This document shows, piece by piece, positions 47,357 through 49,317 of a stretch of 49,317 nucleotides of DNA (its first letter is position 1; each line of letters starts with the position of its first letter). The DNA is from Girardia tigrina (lineage: Eukaryota): assembly GCA_001938485.1 (NCBI GenBank), contig MQRK01238907.1:1-49317 (forward strand). Direction: 5' to 3'. Made by a program: the position numbers and the translations under genes. The notes under the pieces are model-generated. The model was not told the origin of the DNA. It saw nothing but the letters and a program-made list of their open reading frames with translations, and did not search any database.

Positions 47357-48711
47357 GTTAAAAATACAATTTATTGATATTTTTCTGTTATTTGATTATG
47401 TTCTTTCTTAATATTAAAAGACGGAGTCTTTTCTTTGATAATAAGATGGTCCATCATTAACGTTTGTGACATGATTTGAGAGTTATTTTACTTTTAAAAT
47501 GTTTCTAATTTTCAAAGAGAAATACAATATAATATTTTTATTAATTGTTAAATTATTTAATAATTACACAATTAAAGATGTCCCGTCGAGAATTCTCGAA
47601 AATATAAAAAAATTACCAAATAATTTTTCTAAAGAAATTTTACATTTAAAATTTTAATTAAATTCTTTTTATAAAAGATCAATGATTTTTGTTTTTAATT
47701 TACAAATAATAATTATATTTAAGACTTTCTGAAATTATGTATTAAAAAGGATAATTGTTTAAATGCTTATCGATAAATAAAATTTTGAATTTCTAATCGC
47801 TGTTTTGAAGAACAATTAATTTAATATCAATAAGACAACACCAAAACAGATTTATCCTTCAAATCTATGTAATATCTGAAAAAGATATTACCAATTTTAT
47901 TTTCTGATCATTATGTTTAGTCCGTTAATTAAAATTTAATACTTGTTTAAATTGTTTTTAAAATTTTCTCAAGAAAATATAATAATATAAGAATAATTAG
48001 CTACGTCCCGGGAAGATTGTTCGATAAATCGTCTACCAAAATCTCATTTACTTCATAAAAATAAATTGCAAAATAAAATTTTCAAAAACTGCAGGAATTC
48101 GAAATTATTGCACTTTTAATTGAAAAAAATATGAAAAAATGTGAAAATATTTCATAATTTATTAAGCGTTACTATTGGTAAAAAAATTTAGTTACTTTTA
48201 CTTAAAAGTAGAAATTATTTAATTTATTCAATATTACGTTTTATTCGAAATTTTATTATTTAATAGAAAGTTTTATTTACATTCAAACTTAAAACATGAA
48301 AAACATGTATCAAAATTCTTTTAAAATGAATATAGAAATACATTATGATATTTTAATTAATGAATTATAGATGTTTTTGCAGTTAGTGTTCATTTTAGAG
48401 AGTGATCACTGTATAAAAAATTCCATAATTCGTTCTTAAGGATATATGTATATATATTGATACATAAATAGAGTTTTATGAATACTGGTGTGGTGCACGG
48501 GAAATTTCAAAAAATGAAAAAATCGATCAACAAAAAAAACAATTATATGAAAAAAATGATGATTAAAAAAATTAACAATTGTTAAAATAAATTAAATAAA
48601 TAGGCACATGATGTATGAATTTTGAAAAGTAAAATAAATGTTATTTCTTCTTGTGTCATTCTGATTTGAGCTTTTAATTGATAATAATTCGAACCGCACT
48701 GATAATTCCTC

Positions 48712-48990
48712 ACCGACACCATTGATGGATTCCGTGATGTCTTTGGCAATGGAATTGTTGAAAGGTAACCCAAGCAATTTTAAGATTGGCTCAAGCAAAA
48801 TGAAATTATTTAATTTGGCTTCANNNNNNNNNNNNNNNNNNNNNNNNNNNNNNNNNNNNNNNNNNNNNNNNNNNNNNNNAATTTCTCCAATTAAATAGCC
48901 ATTACAGAATGCTGATGAGAAATTGCTTTCATCAATAAATTGAGACACTTTTAATTCGTCATTTGACCACAAACAAATTGTTTGACACAC
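48712..48990 (-). pseudogene. SPEF2: SPEF2 (sperm flagellar protein 2) N-terminal calponin-homology-like fragment
   Basis: ICLWSNDELKVS...FSSAFCNGYLIGEI...AKLNNFILLEPILKLLGLPFNNSIAKDI matches the SPEF2 N-terminus (LCQWLNKELKVS...FSSGYLLGEV...AKLNNFSRLEPTL). No ATG at the expected start, similarity ends after NGVG, and there is an internal gap. Confidence 0.75.
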
Positions 48991-49317
48991 GCACTCTTAA
49001 TCGTGTGATACCAAATGAGTGATTACAATGAGAAATCGATCGTTCGACTTTCGGCAATTGTGAGCCTCATTTTTGGTGTTTATGTGTGTGATCTGTGTGT
49101 GATGTGTGCAGATGTGTCATTGGAGTGAAGTGTTTGAGCCAATGAGATTGTGGTATGTGTGTGTGGTGAGAGGTTTTTTTTTGTTTGGTGTCACAATTAT
49201 TAAAACAATGCAATTGATAATGTGAATTCAATTCACTGTTATTAAAAATAAAAAGATTTGAATTTAAATTGAGATATGCCTGATGAAACTTTTAATGAAA
49301 TATTAAATTTTCTCTAT

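Noticed and set aside
3519-48773. Most short ORFs in the supplied track (e.g. 3519, 3676, 6043, 7990, 20666, 30987, 32972, 34754, 37052, 47037)
   Set aside because: Antisense shadows of real ORFs or TEs, or low-complexity AT-rich frames with no recognisable motif.
49035-49300. Hammerhead-like bits (minus ATGAGGC...GCCGAAA ~49047-49069; CTGATGA at ~49280), also CTGATGA at ~43644
   Set aside because: Each lacks part of the catalytic core or a closing stem.

Overview
A very AT-rich eukaryotic, apparently invertebrate-animal, genomic window with four N gaps (13606-13655, 29584-29587, 31005-31128, 48824-48879). The only clearly intact genes are two intronless, convergent SLC16/monocarboxylate-transporter paralogues (3435-5129 +, 19633-21291 -). 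The rest is mostly decayed transposable elements: DD34D mariners, Tc1, DD41D rosa-type elements, hAT, piggyBac, MITEs with 9-bp TSDs, a Gypsy pol relic, solo LTRs, and Penelope-like and LINE-like remnants. There is also a rearranged histone H2B copy and a SPEF2 N-terminal fragment. Most notable: (i) three minimal type-I hammerhead ribozyme motifs in a Penelope-like terminal repeat, two of them inverted head-to-head and two abutting AT/TA-repeat DNA; (ii) a five-copy dispersed family that may encode a Cys-rich hydrophobic-tailed peptide, with one piece inside a Mutator-like MITE (Pack-MULE-like); (iii) a three-level nest, hAT > mariner > solo LTR; (iv) unusual charged residues and a conserved cytoplasmic loop in the MCT pair; (v) local repair or duplication scars. 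All calls come from reading motifs by eye; no database search was run.
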